Shown here piece by piece: positions 1 to 14,499 of a DNA stretch of 64,000 nt (within the stretch, counting starts at the first letter, position 1; every line of letters starts with the position of its first letter). The translations under genes were made by a program, and so were the position numbers. Source of the stretch: Squalus acanthias (Eukaryota). Where the stretch lies: the NCBI GenBank assembly GCA_030390025.1, contig CM059431.1, positions 124,436,001 through 124,500,000 on the forward strand, written 5' to 3'. The notes beneath the pieces are model-generated. The model saw only the letters and a program-made list of their open reading frames with translations, was not told the DNA's origin and ran no database searches.

Positions 1-759
1 GAACACCGGATACACTCAAGTGCAGCTCAGCTCTGCAGCTGTAACCCATGGGGTGGAGTCGTCACTGCTGCATTCAATAACCTGTCTGTCAGGATGAGCT
101 AATAAACTCTGCAATATTTCATCAGTGAGCTTCTCAGAAAGGCCACCTCTTAAATTGGCAATAAATGCTTTAGCAGCCTGGATTCATTGAAATGGGAAAA
201 GTTGGGAAGAGAAATGAATATGTCTGATCAGTTATACACATTCTCTACATCAGTCAGAGTGCTAAGTCTGAACGGCAGCCTGTGGCTTCCACCATGAGCT
301 CTTGCTACCACTGCATTTTCAGTCTTGGATTCCAACGTTGCCACCTCTGGGAGCTTTTGTATCAAGCTATACAAGAAGGTGTACCTCTAACACCTTTGAA
401 CCAGTCTTCACCGCCTCCTGTACTGACCACAAATTACACTCCAAACTGCCTGGTTTGCTGGTCAATAATTAAGGGAATAATATCAGAAAATGCTGGAAAT
501 ACACAGAAGGTTGATCAGTATCTGAAAAGGCTAATGCTTTGGGTGTAGATCCTAAATCAGAACACTTTTACTAATGATACAAATGCTGGGATAGCCTGCT
601 GCCAGTGCTGCTTCCTGTTTTCACTCTATCTCCAGAGAGACGGACAGACAAGACATGCATATCCCATAGCCAGGCAATTAAATGAGGCAAAGAGAGAAGG
701 AGACACGAATGTCACTGACCATGGCAAGGGAAGAAATGGTTGAGAGGGAAGAGGAGAAA

Positions 760-1011
760 TATATTAGTGGCCATGACACCAGAAGAAATTCCCTGTTCTT
801 CTTAGATTAGTGCCATGGGATCTTTTATATCCATCTGAGAGGGCAGACAGGGCCTTAGTATAACATCTCATCGAAAAGGCGGATGATTCAACATTCCTTC
901 ATTACTGCATTGACATGTCAGCCTAGATTATATACTCACGTTCTGGTGTGGGGCTTGAGCCCACAACCTTTTTACTCAGAGGCAAGGGTGCTATCACTGA
1001 GCCAGGGCTAA
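760..1011 (-). mobile_element. tRNA-headed SINE, partial
   Basis: Reverse complement has an A-box-like TGGCTCAGTG and a B-box-like head; the body matches other copies at ~4597, ~9197 and ~14298. Confidence 0.7.
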
Positions 1012-1916
1012 CATTACTATTTATGTCTATTTCAATAATTTTATGATGTTTTAAGTAAGCTTACAGAATATTATTCTTTATATGATTATCTCATTGAACT
1101 ATATCTCATGCAGACATAGGCTTATTATATTCATTGAGTATTGCCTTCTGATGGTACAAAAATCAAGATTTGATGTATTTCAATATTTAATATTTAAAAT
1201 TTAAAATAGACGCATTGTACACAGGAAATCAAGAACGAGTGTAGTCTTCAGTTGAAGCGGGTTTAGAGGGGAATGTTAATTGGACCAGGGTACAAAAAAA
1301 TAATTCTGTTCCCATTTTCAGGTCAAAACATTCTGTCCTTATTTTTAAATAATACTTTGATTTTATATTATTACTTATAGTTTAATAGCAAAACATAAAA
1401 ACATTTCGGGGCAGACAAGTAGAGTTGGTTGGACTATAAGAGTTTCTCTGCAGTGCAGGCTGAGGAGTTGGGTACAAAACTAAGACTCCTGTGCCACCTT
1501 TGGTAGGAGGGCATACTTACAGCATGACAAGTTTACAAGAGACATACTATAAATGTGGACATAGGAATTTATAACAACAATTAAAAGTTGACTCAGATGT
1601 GTGACAAAAATGTGGCAACAGAAAATAAAATTTTGTACACAGCAAGTGCATCCAGGTGCAAGATTCTTTACACACAAACCTTTACAGAATACATTATTTT
1701 TGGCTTCAAATGCTGAATCACCGTACACTTCAAAATGGTGGAAATGCACCAAAAAGGATGTCAAAATCAAAATTTCCAAGGCAGTTGAGAAGTTCATTCA
1801 GCCCGCCCCCCACCCCAGACCTCACTTCCCCCTTCAAAGACATCTAATTCCACCACCGCAAAAATTTCACTTATGTACTCTTCAGTTTTTCCCTCTAAAA
1901 CAATCGATGGAACATT

Positions 1917-2487
1917 GGGGCTGATTTTCATCTAGGAAAATCAGCATTAGCGGTGCAGTAACAGCCCAGAAATGGGGTCGGTAGCTTTATGATTAACCCC
2001 AATGATTGGCGGGCTGTGACTTTCACAGGGGCCTACCACTGGGCAGTTGAACCACCTGCTTGAAACAAGCTGCAGGCTTCTTTATCATGCAGGTCCCGAT
2101 ACGACCCTGATTGTTATTTTCAGGGACCCACGGGCAAAGCGTGCACTGCGTGTGTGCTCCGCCCATGTGTGGTTGCGTTTGATCAGGAAATGGCTCGCAG
2201 TTTTCCTCCTGGCTCCACAAAAATATTGCGGACCACAATCGGCCCAGCCAAGCCCCACCTCGACATCACCACCCCCCCACCGTCCCTTTCACAAGGACCT
2301 AACTCGGGGCCTTTGCCAGTGCCCCAGCTTGCTGACATTCCTGAGGACAAAGACCAGCAAGAGGCATCAGAACGCCCATTTGGCAGATTCAAAAGAGGCT
2401 AGGCCTCAATGTAGTGGCTACCTCTTCGCCATTGGCTGGTGCATTCTGCCAGTTGGTCTCTATAGCCCAAAAGTCAAAATCAACCCC
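1917..2487. mobile_element. Harbinger-type MITE / non-autonomous DNA element
   Basis: Termini GGGGCTGATTTT...AAAATCAACCCC form imperfect TIRs around a GC-rich non-coding interior. Confidence 0.55.
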
Positions 2488-4596
2488 ATCGGTTATAGCT
2501 GCAGCTTAAGTCCTGACAAGTTCAGGTTTCAGTGCACATCCATTGTAATTACTCCTCATGTATGTCATATGTGAGGCCACTGGGTTTCAGTCTTCACAGA
2601 ATAACAAACTGATTTGTAATATGATCCCAAAGCTCTTAATAAAACCTGAAATCCAATGCAATAAAAATGGAATGTAACTTATTCGGTCACCTTGAAACAG
2701 TGGCCTTGATCATAGGCCTTTATTGAGAGCTGTTTTACAATTGTACCTTGTATTCTTAAGTTGTTAGCTCTCTTGGGGCTGTTCTAGATTTTTGCAGCTC
2801 TTTGTCGGCTTTTTAGAGTTTTATAGCTTGGCTGTATGTTTTACTGAGCTGCTATTATTGTAACTTCACCAGAATCCAGGACAACAGAGTTCTGGTGCTG
2901 TCGTGAAACAGAAGCTTGCCTTGCATTGACCAATTTTATCTATAATGTTGGATGACGAGCCAAGGAATGTAACTTTGGAATGGGATTCTGCACAATTTCA
3001 TATGTTCAGTAGCGCTACTCTGCATGCATTATTAATAAGGTAATCCTTGTACATCAATCATTGGTCTCATTGCTCTTATACAGTTGCAGTCTTTGTAATT
3101 TGTGCTTGTAACATCAAAATCTTTTGGAAGGGTTAATGATCCTCATCCTGGTAAAATATGCAACCAACAACTTTGCCTAATCACTTATTAAAATGAGGCA
3201 ACTGACTTTTTGATAGAATCTTTCAATAGCGTCTTAATTTAGATGACATATATTTTTTTCTGGATTTTTTGGGAGGCGAGGCATTGACTCATGCTTTCTC
3301 TGTGTGATTGTTAACCTCCTGAAACAGCAGAAGCTCTGGGAGCAGAAACTGAGCACAGAAATAACTGGTTTCAGTATACAGTCTTGGAAACATGAATAAA
3401 TAGATACTAGCTTTGACTGGGAGCCCAACCATGAAATGTTTTTTCTAATTAACTTAATTCCTTTTTATGTAGTTGATGACTGGTTGTCAGAATAGTTGAG
3501 TACACTGTCCTTTCACCTCTGAGACCTGGGTGCGAATCTGGTCTGAACTGTTAGGTGAAAGTCTTTTCTCTCTGTTGCTAAAAGGATCTTATGTAAAATG
3601 CGTTTGAGCAGCTGCAGCTCAATTCTATTTTTCAATTTCTCTCCAAGGAAGTGACTCTTCATGAGGTGCAGATCCATACGTGACAGCCACCCTCCTTGCT
3701 TCACTCAAGTAGCCATTCTTCATGTGGGGTAATTTTGACTTTGGCTGCTAGTGCAAAGCAGGCGATATCGATTCAGCTGAATGAAGTTAATAGAAATGAA
3801 AATCGAGAGAGATGTATAACAGGCAGCTGAATCGATATCACCCGTTTTACACTATTGCACAAAATCATCATTACCCCTCATGTCTCTGTTTAAGTACTGA
3901 GGCCTTGAAAATCCATAGCTATTCAGGACACATTCCCACCAGAATTTTGGTGGGAGGATGCCAGAAGGCTGGAAATTAGTGCGGGAGCCATGTACATTGG
4001 ATCCTGATCTAGCAACAAATTTTCCAGGATGGCCTGTTGGGAGCAGTGCCACTGCTCACTCCAAACATGACCATTAATTTAAGCAGGGGTGGGGGATGGT
4101 GGTGGGGTGTGGGGTAAGCACTGCAAACATCGGAGGTCCCACACCCCATGATTGCCACAAGTACTCCTGATGATATCAGACACACAAGCTGATCCAGGGC
4201 CTGATAGGTACGATCCGGGGAACCAGGGTGGGATTGTGGCCCAGACCTCCAAAGATTTGGAAACAATATTGTTTTTGAATCAAGGGGGCCGCAGGGGCAA
4301 CTATACTTTCTTCTGAAGGAAGATCCCCAATTCCCCACACCTCTAGCTACTGCGGCTGGCCATTCTGGATTTACTTCAATGTGGCGACCCCTGATTCGCC
4401 TCTAGAGACTTAAGCCCCCGCCAATGTTAGACAAATGAAGGGACCTCTCACTGACCCTGTGAACTTTGACAGGGTCAGTAGCGGATGTCCAGAGTGGAGA
4501 GCATTTCAACATTCATGCCGAGATGCGCCACCCCATAGATTTGCAAGGCTTAAGTGTCAGCAGGTTGTTTGACTGCCTTTTCCCCTCCATTGCTTA

Positions 4597-5021
4597 AAGA
4601 ATGAAAGAACATGCATTTATGTATTGTCTTTCATGACCTGAGCACATCCGAAAATGATTTACAGCCAATGAAATATTTTTGTAATGTAGGAAACGCGGCA
4701 GCCGCAATAAGATCCCACAAACAGCAATACAATAATGATCAAATATTCAATGTTTAGGGATTTTGGTTAAGGGATACATTTTGGCCAAGACACCAGGGAG
4801 ATGTCCCTACTCTTCTTTGAAATAGTGCTATGGGATCTTTTACATCTATCAGAGAGTGTTTAATATCGCATCTGAAAGATGGCACCTCCGATAGTGCAGC
4901 ACTCACTCAGGACTGCACTGAAATGCCAGCCTAGAGTTTTGCACTAATGTCACTGAGTGGGGCTTAAACATACAACCTTCTGACTCAAAGGCAAGTGTGC
5001 TACCGTTGAGCCATGGCTGAC
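4597..5021 (-). mobile_element. tRNA-headed SINE with L2-like 3' tail
   Basis: Same body as the 760-1011 copy; the tail resembles the L2 3' end at ~41130-41190. Confidence 0.7.
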
Positions 5022-6104
5022 ACCTCAGAAAGCAAGGCCAACTGTAATGTTTGTACTATTGGCACAGGTTAGACTAAATAATACTCAATAAAGATTACAG
5101 TTTGACCCTCAGGACGTCCCCGGTCTGGATACCTCAAATTCTCATGAGGAGGCGTACCTGCAAACTCAGCCATTGAGGAAGATAACTATCCATAATTTGA
5201 TGCAATTAGGTGTTTTATTCAGGAAGACCACATAGATGGCTGGTCTGGGAAATAGAACAATTCACACTGATCGAGCAGGTGGTCCTCCTCTAAGATTGGA
5301 GAAGTGCAGAAGAAGCTTCACCTGTAGCTGATCTTAGAGTGCTTGATGCTGATACGAGCTCTGCCTGAAATTAGAAAGTGTGCCATTCCCTAGCACTGTC
5401 ATGCCTCATCTTCATAAGTACAGAAATTCACAATAAAAAAAGAAAACAGCTATTGCAAAAATATTGAGCAGTTACTTTGTCCATAATTATTCAAGAATGT
5501 AATTTCAAACATGTAGCTATGTACACTTGTGTACGAATAGGATGTTAAAACAACATTCTGCCTTTTGAATTATGTATCTATGTACCAACAATAACGTAAC
5601 ATTTGTCCCTTTATTCTAAACTAAGTCAATAACCTGCTGAATGCTGTTTACACTATTACTTTTTCCTTGGACCCAATGGTTGAATGTCCCTCGACCGTCT
5701 GCCGTAACTTCAGCAGAGGATAATGGAAATCTCAGGGAAGCGCTGTTCACATTATTTCTCCTGGATTTTCAAGGATCTTCCACTGAAGTTATGGCGAATG
5801 ATCGGGAGAAGCCCTGCACAAATTCAACCTCCATGTGTCTTGAACTTTCTCTAAAAACACACACCAAAAATGATTGATAACATTATTCAGCGTTTCAGCT
5901 TTTACTCCTTGAAGAAGCATGGATAACTATTTAATTCCATTAAAAATAATCTAAATTGGCAGATCCCCAGGCGGATACATTTTAGACATAATTAAGGGGC
6001 AATCCATTTTAGTCCTGATTATTTTATCAGCAAATAGTGACAATTCCATATTTTGTTTGTTAAAGTGCTTTTACTACCAAGTAAAGCCAGAGTGAAATTA
6101 TCAG

Positions 6105-6425
6105 ATGGAGTTATTAATTCCATTTCACATTCTAGGATGAGGGGTTACAGTTATGGAGAGTCATTTGAGGAGTTTGGGGGCGTTTCACAAAAGTTGAGAA
6201 GGTTAAAACTTGACTTGATATAGGTCTTGAAGATTGTGAGGAGTTATGATAATGTAAATAGTCATAGATGGTTTCCACTGATTAGTGGAGTGGTAATGAG
6301 AGCCAACAAATTTAAGACAATCACAAAAATAATAAAAGGGGAGGTTAGAAAAAATCAGTGTAGACTCAAGGCATCTCAAATATAATGACATTATTAAGAG
6401 ATAGGTGCATTGAAAGTATTGGGGG
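6105..6425 (+). mobile_element. Old, degraded CR1 LINE 3' fragment
   Basis: Weak similarity to the 3' region of the CR1 copies at 26.7-27.0 kb and 43.6-43.9 kb. Confidence 0.4.
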
Positions 6426-7313
6426 ATGACATTTGTGATGCTGTGATACCAATTACTAAGAATGTAGAATGTAGATAGAATCAGTATATTTGCCCTAGAT
6501 CTTGCAATTCAGGTCAGCTCGGCATTTTTCAAACCCAGTAAAAGAATAAATCTAGCTTGAAGGCAGATTTGGAAGTCTGAGATCCGCTCCAAACTGCATC
6601 ATTGTCAGGACTTCAGAACTTAAGGAGTGTAGTCAAATCTATTTATATTTTCAGGTCTAACCCCTCTTGTTGAGATGTATGGGGTGAGATGTATGGGGTC
6701 ATGTGGTGCACTACTGCTGATAAAGCACCATGTTTACTGAAACATCATGTGAAATACAGTGTCAAGAACTATAGGTCACATTGAAGTATAGCAATCAAAC
6801 CAGCCAAAGGAAGATGAAACAAAGGAAAGATATGCATTTCCTTCAATGGGCTGACCTTGGAAAAGCAACAGCCTTGATGGCACAGTTTCTTGCGTTCCCA
6901 AAGCCTCAATTAACTATTTTCCTCACGTATCCATTTCAACTGGCCCATCTCTGTAGAAGGTAAGACGTATCACTTTGCTAACTACAGAGTAGCATATCTC
7001 TAGCAATTGTATCTAAGCTCATGGAAACCTAAGTGAATAAGAAATTTCAGACAGCAACTCTTTTACCTATGGATTTCACTCCAACACAATTGGGCAAATT
7101 TTCCGAGGCTCTATTCCCAAAGGAAGGCTTCACCCAGTTGGTGAGCAGATTGGAGAATTGGGCAAGGAGGTCAGCACAACTGATTAGCAGTACTCCTGAT
7201 TTTCTGGTGATTCCTTTTTCATTACCAGAAAGTTAGGAGCATCACAAGTCAGATGCACAGACCTGCGCTCTTGATTCTACATTCTGCATTCTCATTGAAC
7301 AAGGATTCACACA

Positions 7314-7387
7314 GGAGGTCATTTTATAAATCCACACTGCCAATAGGAGCCTCATCCACCAGCAGTGTGGATTTATAAAATAGCCCC
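7314..7387. repeat. Short inverted repeat (mini-MITE-like)
   Basis: Perfect 20-bp arms ATTTTATAAATCCACACTGC (7321-7340) and GCAGTGTGGATTTATAAAAT (7362-7381) with G/C-rich Harbinger-like ends. Confidence 0.75.
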
Positions 7388-8261
7388 TAGGGAGCAGAGT
7401 CTTGTAAAATTTACCTTAAAATATCCTCACCTGGAACTCTATCCCTCTTAAAAAAAAGGTGTAACCACGATCAATGTAGCACGGTTTAAGTTATTGAAAT
7501 CTATTGCTTTTTATGCCAGTGCAGCTTGTCCATGTAATTTTGTGCTCCCATTAGGTACCAGTTTCAATTTTGTAAACTATCTGTCCTTGTTATAGTTGTC
7601 CTTGTTGATATGTTCCCAAATGTACAATTAAAACTAATGGTTATTGATTTATTAAAAGAACAAATACCAATTATGGTACCTTGCTCTGAATTCATCCTCA
7701 GTCAGGTGAAAGGGAACCAAGGCCTGCTGCACAAGTTTGCTAATTTTGTGCTATGCAAATAAAAAGGGAGTCTAAAGAAGCTTACTTCACCTTCCTTCTC
7801 AGTTCTTTCTATGTTGATTTCCCAATCCTTAAATCTCATTGATTAAAGAGATACCTTGTGGGTTGTCCTGTTCACTCAGGTCACAGGTGCCCTGTTTCCC
7901 TCACTGCGCCATCCCTCGCACTTTCAGCAACTTTGTGGGCAAAAAATCTTTGAGCTGAAGAGTGCAGGAGCAAGTCTAACTAATGGCAGACATCTTGCTA
8001 CAGCAAATTCTGGCCCATTAACACTGAATTAAGCTAAATATAAATCACCATGCTGGTTTATCTTACAATCACTAAGTGACTGTACAGAGTAACATTTAAA
8101 GTAAATCTCACTTAACTTCAATTTAATTCAGTAGCCCTCCTTGTAATATAAAAATGTCTCAACTTTAGTGGGAATTGGTCCGTAACACAACATGGTTCAT
8201 ACCCAGAGTAGGCCCAAAGGATGGTTGTCGTAACTAGAGCAGCAAGGTGTTCTTTGTGTTA

Positions 8262-9441
8262 AAGGAAGAAATAACTTACATTTATATAGCACCTTTTATG
8301 ACACCCGGAGATCCCAAGGCACTTTAGAGCCAATGAAGTACTTTTTGAAGTGTAGTCACTGTTGTAATATAGGAAATGTGGCAGCCAATTTGCAAACAGC
8401 GAGGTCTCACAAACAACAATGAGATAATGAAAAGATAATGGGCCGGATTTTGCGACCCCCACGGGTGTGTACAAGGTGTGTACGCCCATAGGGGCCGCGC
8501 AAGTGTTGGGTTTAGGCATGCGAAGTGCATGCGCTAAAACCCAACAACGTGCGATCTGTCAAGAATGCTCTTGACAGATCGCACACATGCTCTGGAGAAG
8601 GGCCTCCGCGGGCAGGGAGTTCCGCTTTCTGCACAACCTCCGCCCACTGAAAGCCTTTAAAAATCTTACGCCTGGTAAAAGCCTGTGTAAGGCCTGCTTT
8701 TACCAGTATAAGAGTTAAAAAAATAAAAAAATAAAATGTTTTCACTCATTTATAATTTTAAAATACTTTTAAAAAAGGTAAGTTTATTTTTAGCCCCGTA
8801 AAAAACTTTAATTATTTTTTTCAAAAAATTAAATTTTTGTTGAAAATATTTAGTTTAATGTAATTTTAATTAATTTTAAATATATGATTTTTAAAAAAAA
8901 ATATTGAATGTTTAACTGTTTTTTAAGTGATCCCCATTCATACTTTTGACAGTTCCATGCATAGAGACCTGTCAAAAGTGTGAAGGGGGATTCCCTTCTT
9001 TGATTGGTTCCCCATAGCCCACGTGATCCCAGGGACGCTTGCGAACCGCATGCGCCCCTGAGATACCTGGGCCTCTGCGCATTACGGAAGACCGGAAGTT
9101 TCGGGATCTACGGAGCCAGCAGGTAAGTGCGTAGACTTTTTTCCGATCGGAGGCATCCGCCCGCAGGAAGCCTCTGATCGGAAATTCAGGCCCCATCTGT
9201 TTTTAGTGATGTTGCTTAAGAGATAAATATTGACCAGGACACCAGGGAGAGGTCCCCTGCTCTTCTTCAAAATAGTGCCATGCGATCTTTTATGTCTACT
9301 TCAGATGGCACCTCCAGCAGTGCAACACTACCTCATTACTGCACTGAAGTGTAAACCTAGATTATTGTACTCTGGAGTGGGGCTTGAACTCACAACCTTC
9401 TGCCTTAGAGGCAGGAGTGCTACCACCTAGCCAAGGCTAAC
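8262..9441 (-). mobile_element. SINE split by a MITE insertion
   Basis: SINE tail at 8262-8439 and SINE body/head at 9194-9441 are collinear once 8440-9193 is removed. Confidence 0.7.
8440..9193. mobile_element. Harbinger-type MITE with AT-rich core
   Basis: TIRs GGGCCGGATTTT...AAATTCAGGCCC; related inverted copy at 59627-60380. Confidence 0.65.
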
Positions 9442-10467
9442 ACTAGTTAAGGGGCATTGCTGGAAAAGTGTAAAATGAGCTTGACTTTGTATAATTTGTA
9501 ATATTACAGACTCTTGTTAATCTATTTAATCTCATCAGGGACAAGCACAATTTATTCACCACATTTTATAGCAATGCAAATAATAAAGACATGCTAAACT
9601 ACTCTGGTTCTGAGTGTGACAGGAAAAGCAATCCAATTTATGCTGATCCCCACAGTAGGAATAGGACAGGGTATTCCTGTCACATAGGTGGATCTGCAAC
9701 TGTATTATGCAGCCAGCAGAATCGCAAACAGAACACCTCTCAGGACATGTCCTCCTTCCAATAGAGCATCACTTAGGAGCAGTACATAAGAAAGAACACA
9801 GCCCACTAATGCATTTAGCACAGCGGGATAACGCAGCATCACGTTGTGTTAATCATATTGCAATCATGCATGCTTCCATTATTAAAATCAAAAGCTGAAC
9901 ATGTAACTTTTGTGGTCAGTATGTATTAATGAAAAATTCGTGCAACAAAGAAGTTATTTTGCACATAATAGTGGGGAAAATATAACTGAACCAAAGTGCA
10001 GCTTTTCAGGTGTGTAAGTCGGGACTTCATTTTACTGGACAAAACCTCTGTATCCGAATTTCTCTTGGTTTAAAAAGTTCTGCACGAGGAATACAAATTT
10101 AGAAAATTTACCCTCTTGCCTTTTGCCCCCAAAAAACCACTAGGCAATTTTAGTTCAATCTCATTAATCTTCCATGATATTCTAAATGGTAAGTCAGATA
10201 TTATGGTCTCCCACTGTCTCTGCTGTTCTCATGGCATAATTATTTGGCTTCCACAAGACGCCCTCCAAAACCCAATCCCACCAACTACCTTGTGCCGGCA
10301 GGGGTGCCTCCGAGACGTGCGATTTTCCTCCACTTCCCGCCCATTCCAGCAGGATGTCAGCCAGTGGGATTTTAATTAGTTCCAGCTGTTAAAATTGTCC
10401 TCATTCTGCATCAGGTAGGCAGGAAATTACCTCGCCAGAGCCGTTTCCCACCCAAAACTCGCTGGCA

Positions 10468-10579
10468 GTTAACATCCAGGCTGAGCAGTTTGCCAACACA
10501 GAGGCAGCAAAGACGTAGAGAGATGTGCTGGGGAGGTGGAGCTGGGTGTCATCAGTGTACATGCGGCAGCTGACCCTAT
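10468..10579 (-). mobile_element. L2 LINE RT fragment
   Basis: Translation MYTDDTQLH matches the YADDTQLY motif of the L2 at 40229. Confidence 0.6.
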
Positions 10580-11245
10580 GGGGATGAATTTCCATGTGAA
10601 GTTCTCCCGTTTGTCCACTGTAACTTCAACGGAAGAGCCACAGAATCCCTGGAAGAATGGGATCAATGGGTTTCCATGGCTCTTCCAGCGAAGTTATGTT
10701 GGATGCGCGGAAGAAACGCCTTTGTTTGCGGGCCTTCACGGGAGCATCGAAAATTAAGCTGGGTCTTTTGGGTGCAAGGACAGTAAGTAATAGGTGCATT
10801 TTAAAAGGTTTCGAATACATTTAAAAAAAAATACACTAAGGAACTGATGACTGTAACCAAAATAACTAGAAAATAGTTTTGTATATTCTTAAAAAGTCAT
10901 TTTCAGTCATTTGAAATCAGGTTACTCAAAGGTGGTGCATCGATACTGCGATTAAAAATGCTTATTTTTTGTGATTAACCCATTTTCAGCTGCATTAATC
11001 AAACTGCACCAAGTTACCACTCTTAGATATATCAAGGAATACATTTTAAAGCAACATTTAAAAAAAAAGTTATGTTTTAAAACACTGCCCAATTGCACTG
11101 GTTCATGGCAGATTTTGTGTTTGGCGACATGCAAATGAGTTTAAGCGGAAATGCCAGGAAAAAAAACACTTTTGAAAATGGACGCGATTTAGGGCGCAAT
11201 TTGTGCCGGAATCGCCAATTGTACTCAAAGCGGAAACTCTACCCC
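10580..11245. mobile_element. Harbinger-type MITE
   Basis: TIRs GGGGATGAATTTCC...GGAAACTCTACCCC. Confidence 0.55.
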
Positions 11246-11292
11246 AGTGTGCGTAGTTAGAGCACTGTCATTTTATTCTCAGTCTCTCACTC

Positions 11293-13035
11293 ACACACAG
11301 AAACATGCACACAGCTACACACATACACATACCTACAGAAACATGCACACAGGTACACACATACACATACCTACAGAAACATGCACACAGTTACACACAT
11401 ACACATACCTACAGAAACATGCACACAGGCACACACATACACATACATACAGAAACATGCACACAGGTACACACATACACATACATACAGAAACATGCGC
11501 ACAGCTACACACATACACATACCTACAGAAACATGCACACAGCTACACACATACACATACATACAGAAACATGCACACAGGTACACACATACACATACCT
11601 ACAGAAACATGCACACAGGCACACACATACACATACCTACAGAAACATGCACACAGGCACACACATACACATACCTACAGAAACATGCACACAGCTACAC
11701 ACATACACATACATACAGAAACATGCACACAGGTACACACATACACATACCTACAGAAACATGCGCACAGGTACACACATATACATACAGAAACATGCGC
11801 ACAGCTACACACATACACATACCTACAGAAACATGCACACAGCTACACACATACACATACCTACAGAAACATGCACACAGGCACACACATACACATACAT
11901 ACAGAAACATGCGCACAGCTACACACATACACATACCTACAGAAACATGCACACAGCTACACACATACACATACCTACAGAAACATGCACACAGGTACAC
12001 ACATATACATACAGAAACATGCACACAGGTACACACATATACATACAGAAACATGCGCACAGGTACACACATACACATACCTACAGAAACATGCACACAG
12101 GTACACACATATACATACAGAAACATGCACACAGGTACACACATACACATACCTACAGAAACATGCACACAGGTACACACATAACATACTACAGAAACAA
12201 TCGCACGGTACACACATATACATACAGAAACAAGCACACAGGTACACACATATACATACAGAAACATGCGCACAGGTACACACATACACATACCTACAGA
12301 AACATGCACACAGGTACACACATACACATACCTACAGAAACATGCGCACAGGTACACACATATACATACAGAAACATGCACACAGGTACACACATATACA
12401 TACAGAAACATGCGCACAGGTACACACATACACATACTACAGAAACATGCACACAGGTACACACATACACATACTACAGAAACATTGCACACAGTACACA
12501 CATACACATCCTACAGAAACATGCGCACAGGTACACACATATACATACAGAAACATGCACACAGGTACACACATATACATACAGAAACATGCGCACAGGT
12601 ACACACATATACATACAGAAACATGCACACAGGTACACACATATACATACAGAAACATGCACACAGGTACACACATACACATACAGAAACATGCACACAG
12701 GTACACACATACACATACCTACAGAAAAATGCGCACAGTTACACACATACACATACATACAGAAACATGCACAGAGGTACACAGATACACATACCTACAG
12801 AAACATGCACACAGGTACACACATACACACAGAGACATGTGCATAGGTACATACATACACATACATACAGAAACATGCACACAGGCACACACACACATAC
12901 ACACAGAAACATGCACGCAGGTACACACATACACACACATACAGAACAAAGCCCACAGGTACAAACATACACATATACACAGAAACATGCACACACACAG
13001 GTGCATGCATTAACATGCACATAGAAACATGCACA
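11293..13035. repeat. Minisatellite with 38-bp and 34-bp units
   Basis: Tandem ACAGAAACATGCACACAGGTACACACATACACATACCT and a shorter ...CACATATACAT variant; degenerates at the right end. Confidence 0.97.
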
Positions 13036-14297
13036 GTCAGAGGCATGCACATCCCAGACATTCTGGATTTTTTTTATTTAATCAACATTAATTTTACCTC
13101 AATAAGGCTTTTGAAAATTGTTCCCTTGTTTTGCAAAATTATTTGAAGAAAAGCTGCTTTGCCCAAAGTGCTTTAAGCTAAAGTAAAATACACATTCAGT
13201 ACAGATGACTGAACAGCACTGAGGCATCCTGGGAATTTAGGATTGCTCAGATTGTGCAATCGAAATTCATCTCAGAGTCACAGCTTTGGGCAAATAATTA
13301 TGTTCAAGCTCAGGCTGTTTGGAAAGTCTGCAGCCTTTAAGTGAAAACTTTAATAAAAGTACTAAAAGACACAAAGACAATTCAATGAATAACATTAATC
13401 ATGTTATTGCAAAATATGTTATTTTTTACAATTTGAACTTTAGAAATTTCACTCACTGAGCAAGCTTCTTTCAATAGCTACATTATATACAATATCTTAC
13501 AATTAACCAACCAACTCCATTCTGGCTGGTAATTCAAAGCACCAACGGCGACCAAAGGTCTACTTCATTACTTTTCTGCCTCGCAGTTGCCCTATCTTGT
13601 GGGCGTGAAGGGAATGTAAGTGTAATTACTGGTGCCTTGTACGAGGGGGAATACCACAGGATTAGGTTTGCTCTTCCAGCTGTTGTTGAGTGTCAGTGTT
13701 GAATTTGATGGATGCCAATGTGTGGCAAAGGAGACCATTTGTTACCACGGCAATGCAGCGGTGAACTGCAGACCAACTATTCTGAGTAATGTCTCCTGTT
13801 CGCACCTGGAAGGACCCAGTGGTGAAAAAGTGGTCAATTTGCTTTCACTGGTTTGGATGTTGCTTCATGGTTGCAGATGTAGTTTCAAGCGCTGAAATGT
13901 CTGCGATCATGTTCCGTGTCAAGGAGTAGCCTTATAACACACTATTCCTGAATGAGGTCCATGTTGGTGATATGTCAATATTAATCATTCTACATCGGTG
14001 GTCACAAGTCCTGTAAGACAGCCTCCTGCGGCCTCGAGTCCTCCAAACTGACATTTACTGTTGCTGCTGCCTCCTCCAAACTATCTAACTTTTTCAAACT
14101 TGATGCGCTGCAATTTTACAAATGACTTTTATCTCCTACTCTGCTCACCACTAGAATTCTAACAACCCCTTTCAATCCATTAGCATGGGTTTAAATGAGA
14201 AAAATTAACATGACGTGGTTTGAGTAAATTTGCATATTCCCAGTTAATAACTGTTTAACTAGTATTAAGAGGCAAAAAATTGCATTTCCATTAACTT

Positions 14298-14499
14298 ATG
14301 TCAGCTGTGGCTCAGTGGTAGCTCTCTCATATCTGAGTCAGAACGTTGTGGGCTCAAAGTCCCACTCCAGACACTTGATAACAAAAATCTAGGCTGACAC
14401 TTCAATGCAGTCCTGCAGGGCAGTACGGAGGTGCTGTCCTTCAAATGAAATGTTAAAGTGAAGCCCCATCTGCCCTCTCAGGTGGATGTAAAAGATCCT
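14298..14499 (+). mobile_element. SINE 5' part (continues at ~29071-29157 and ~29932-29966)
   Basis: TGGCTCAGTGG head; the body breaks at ...GTAAAAGATCC and resumes with CTGTGGCACTACTT after 29070. Confidence 0.75.

Noticed and set aside
11293..13035. CRISPR-like regular repeat
   Set aside because: No unique spacers, no cas genes, eukaryotic context
11247..13061. Long His/Thr-rich and Cys/Val-rich ORFs (up to 588 aa)
   Set aside because: Translations of the minisatellite, open in most frames on both strands
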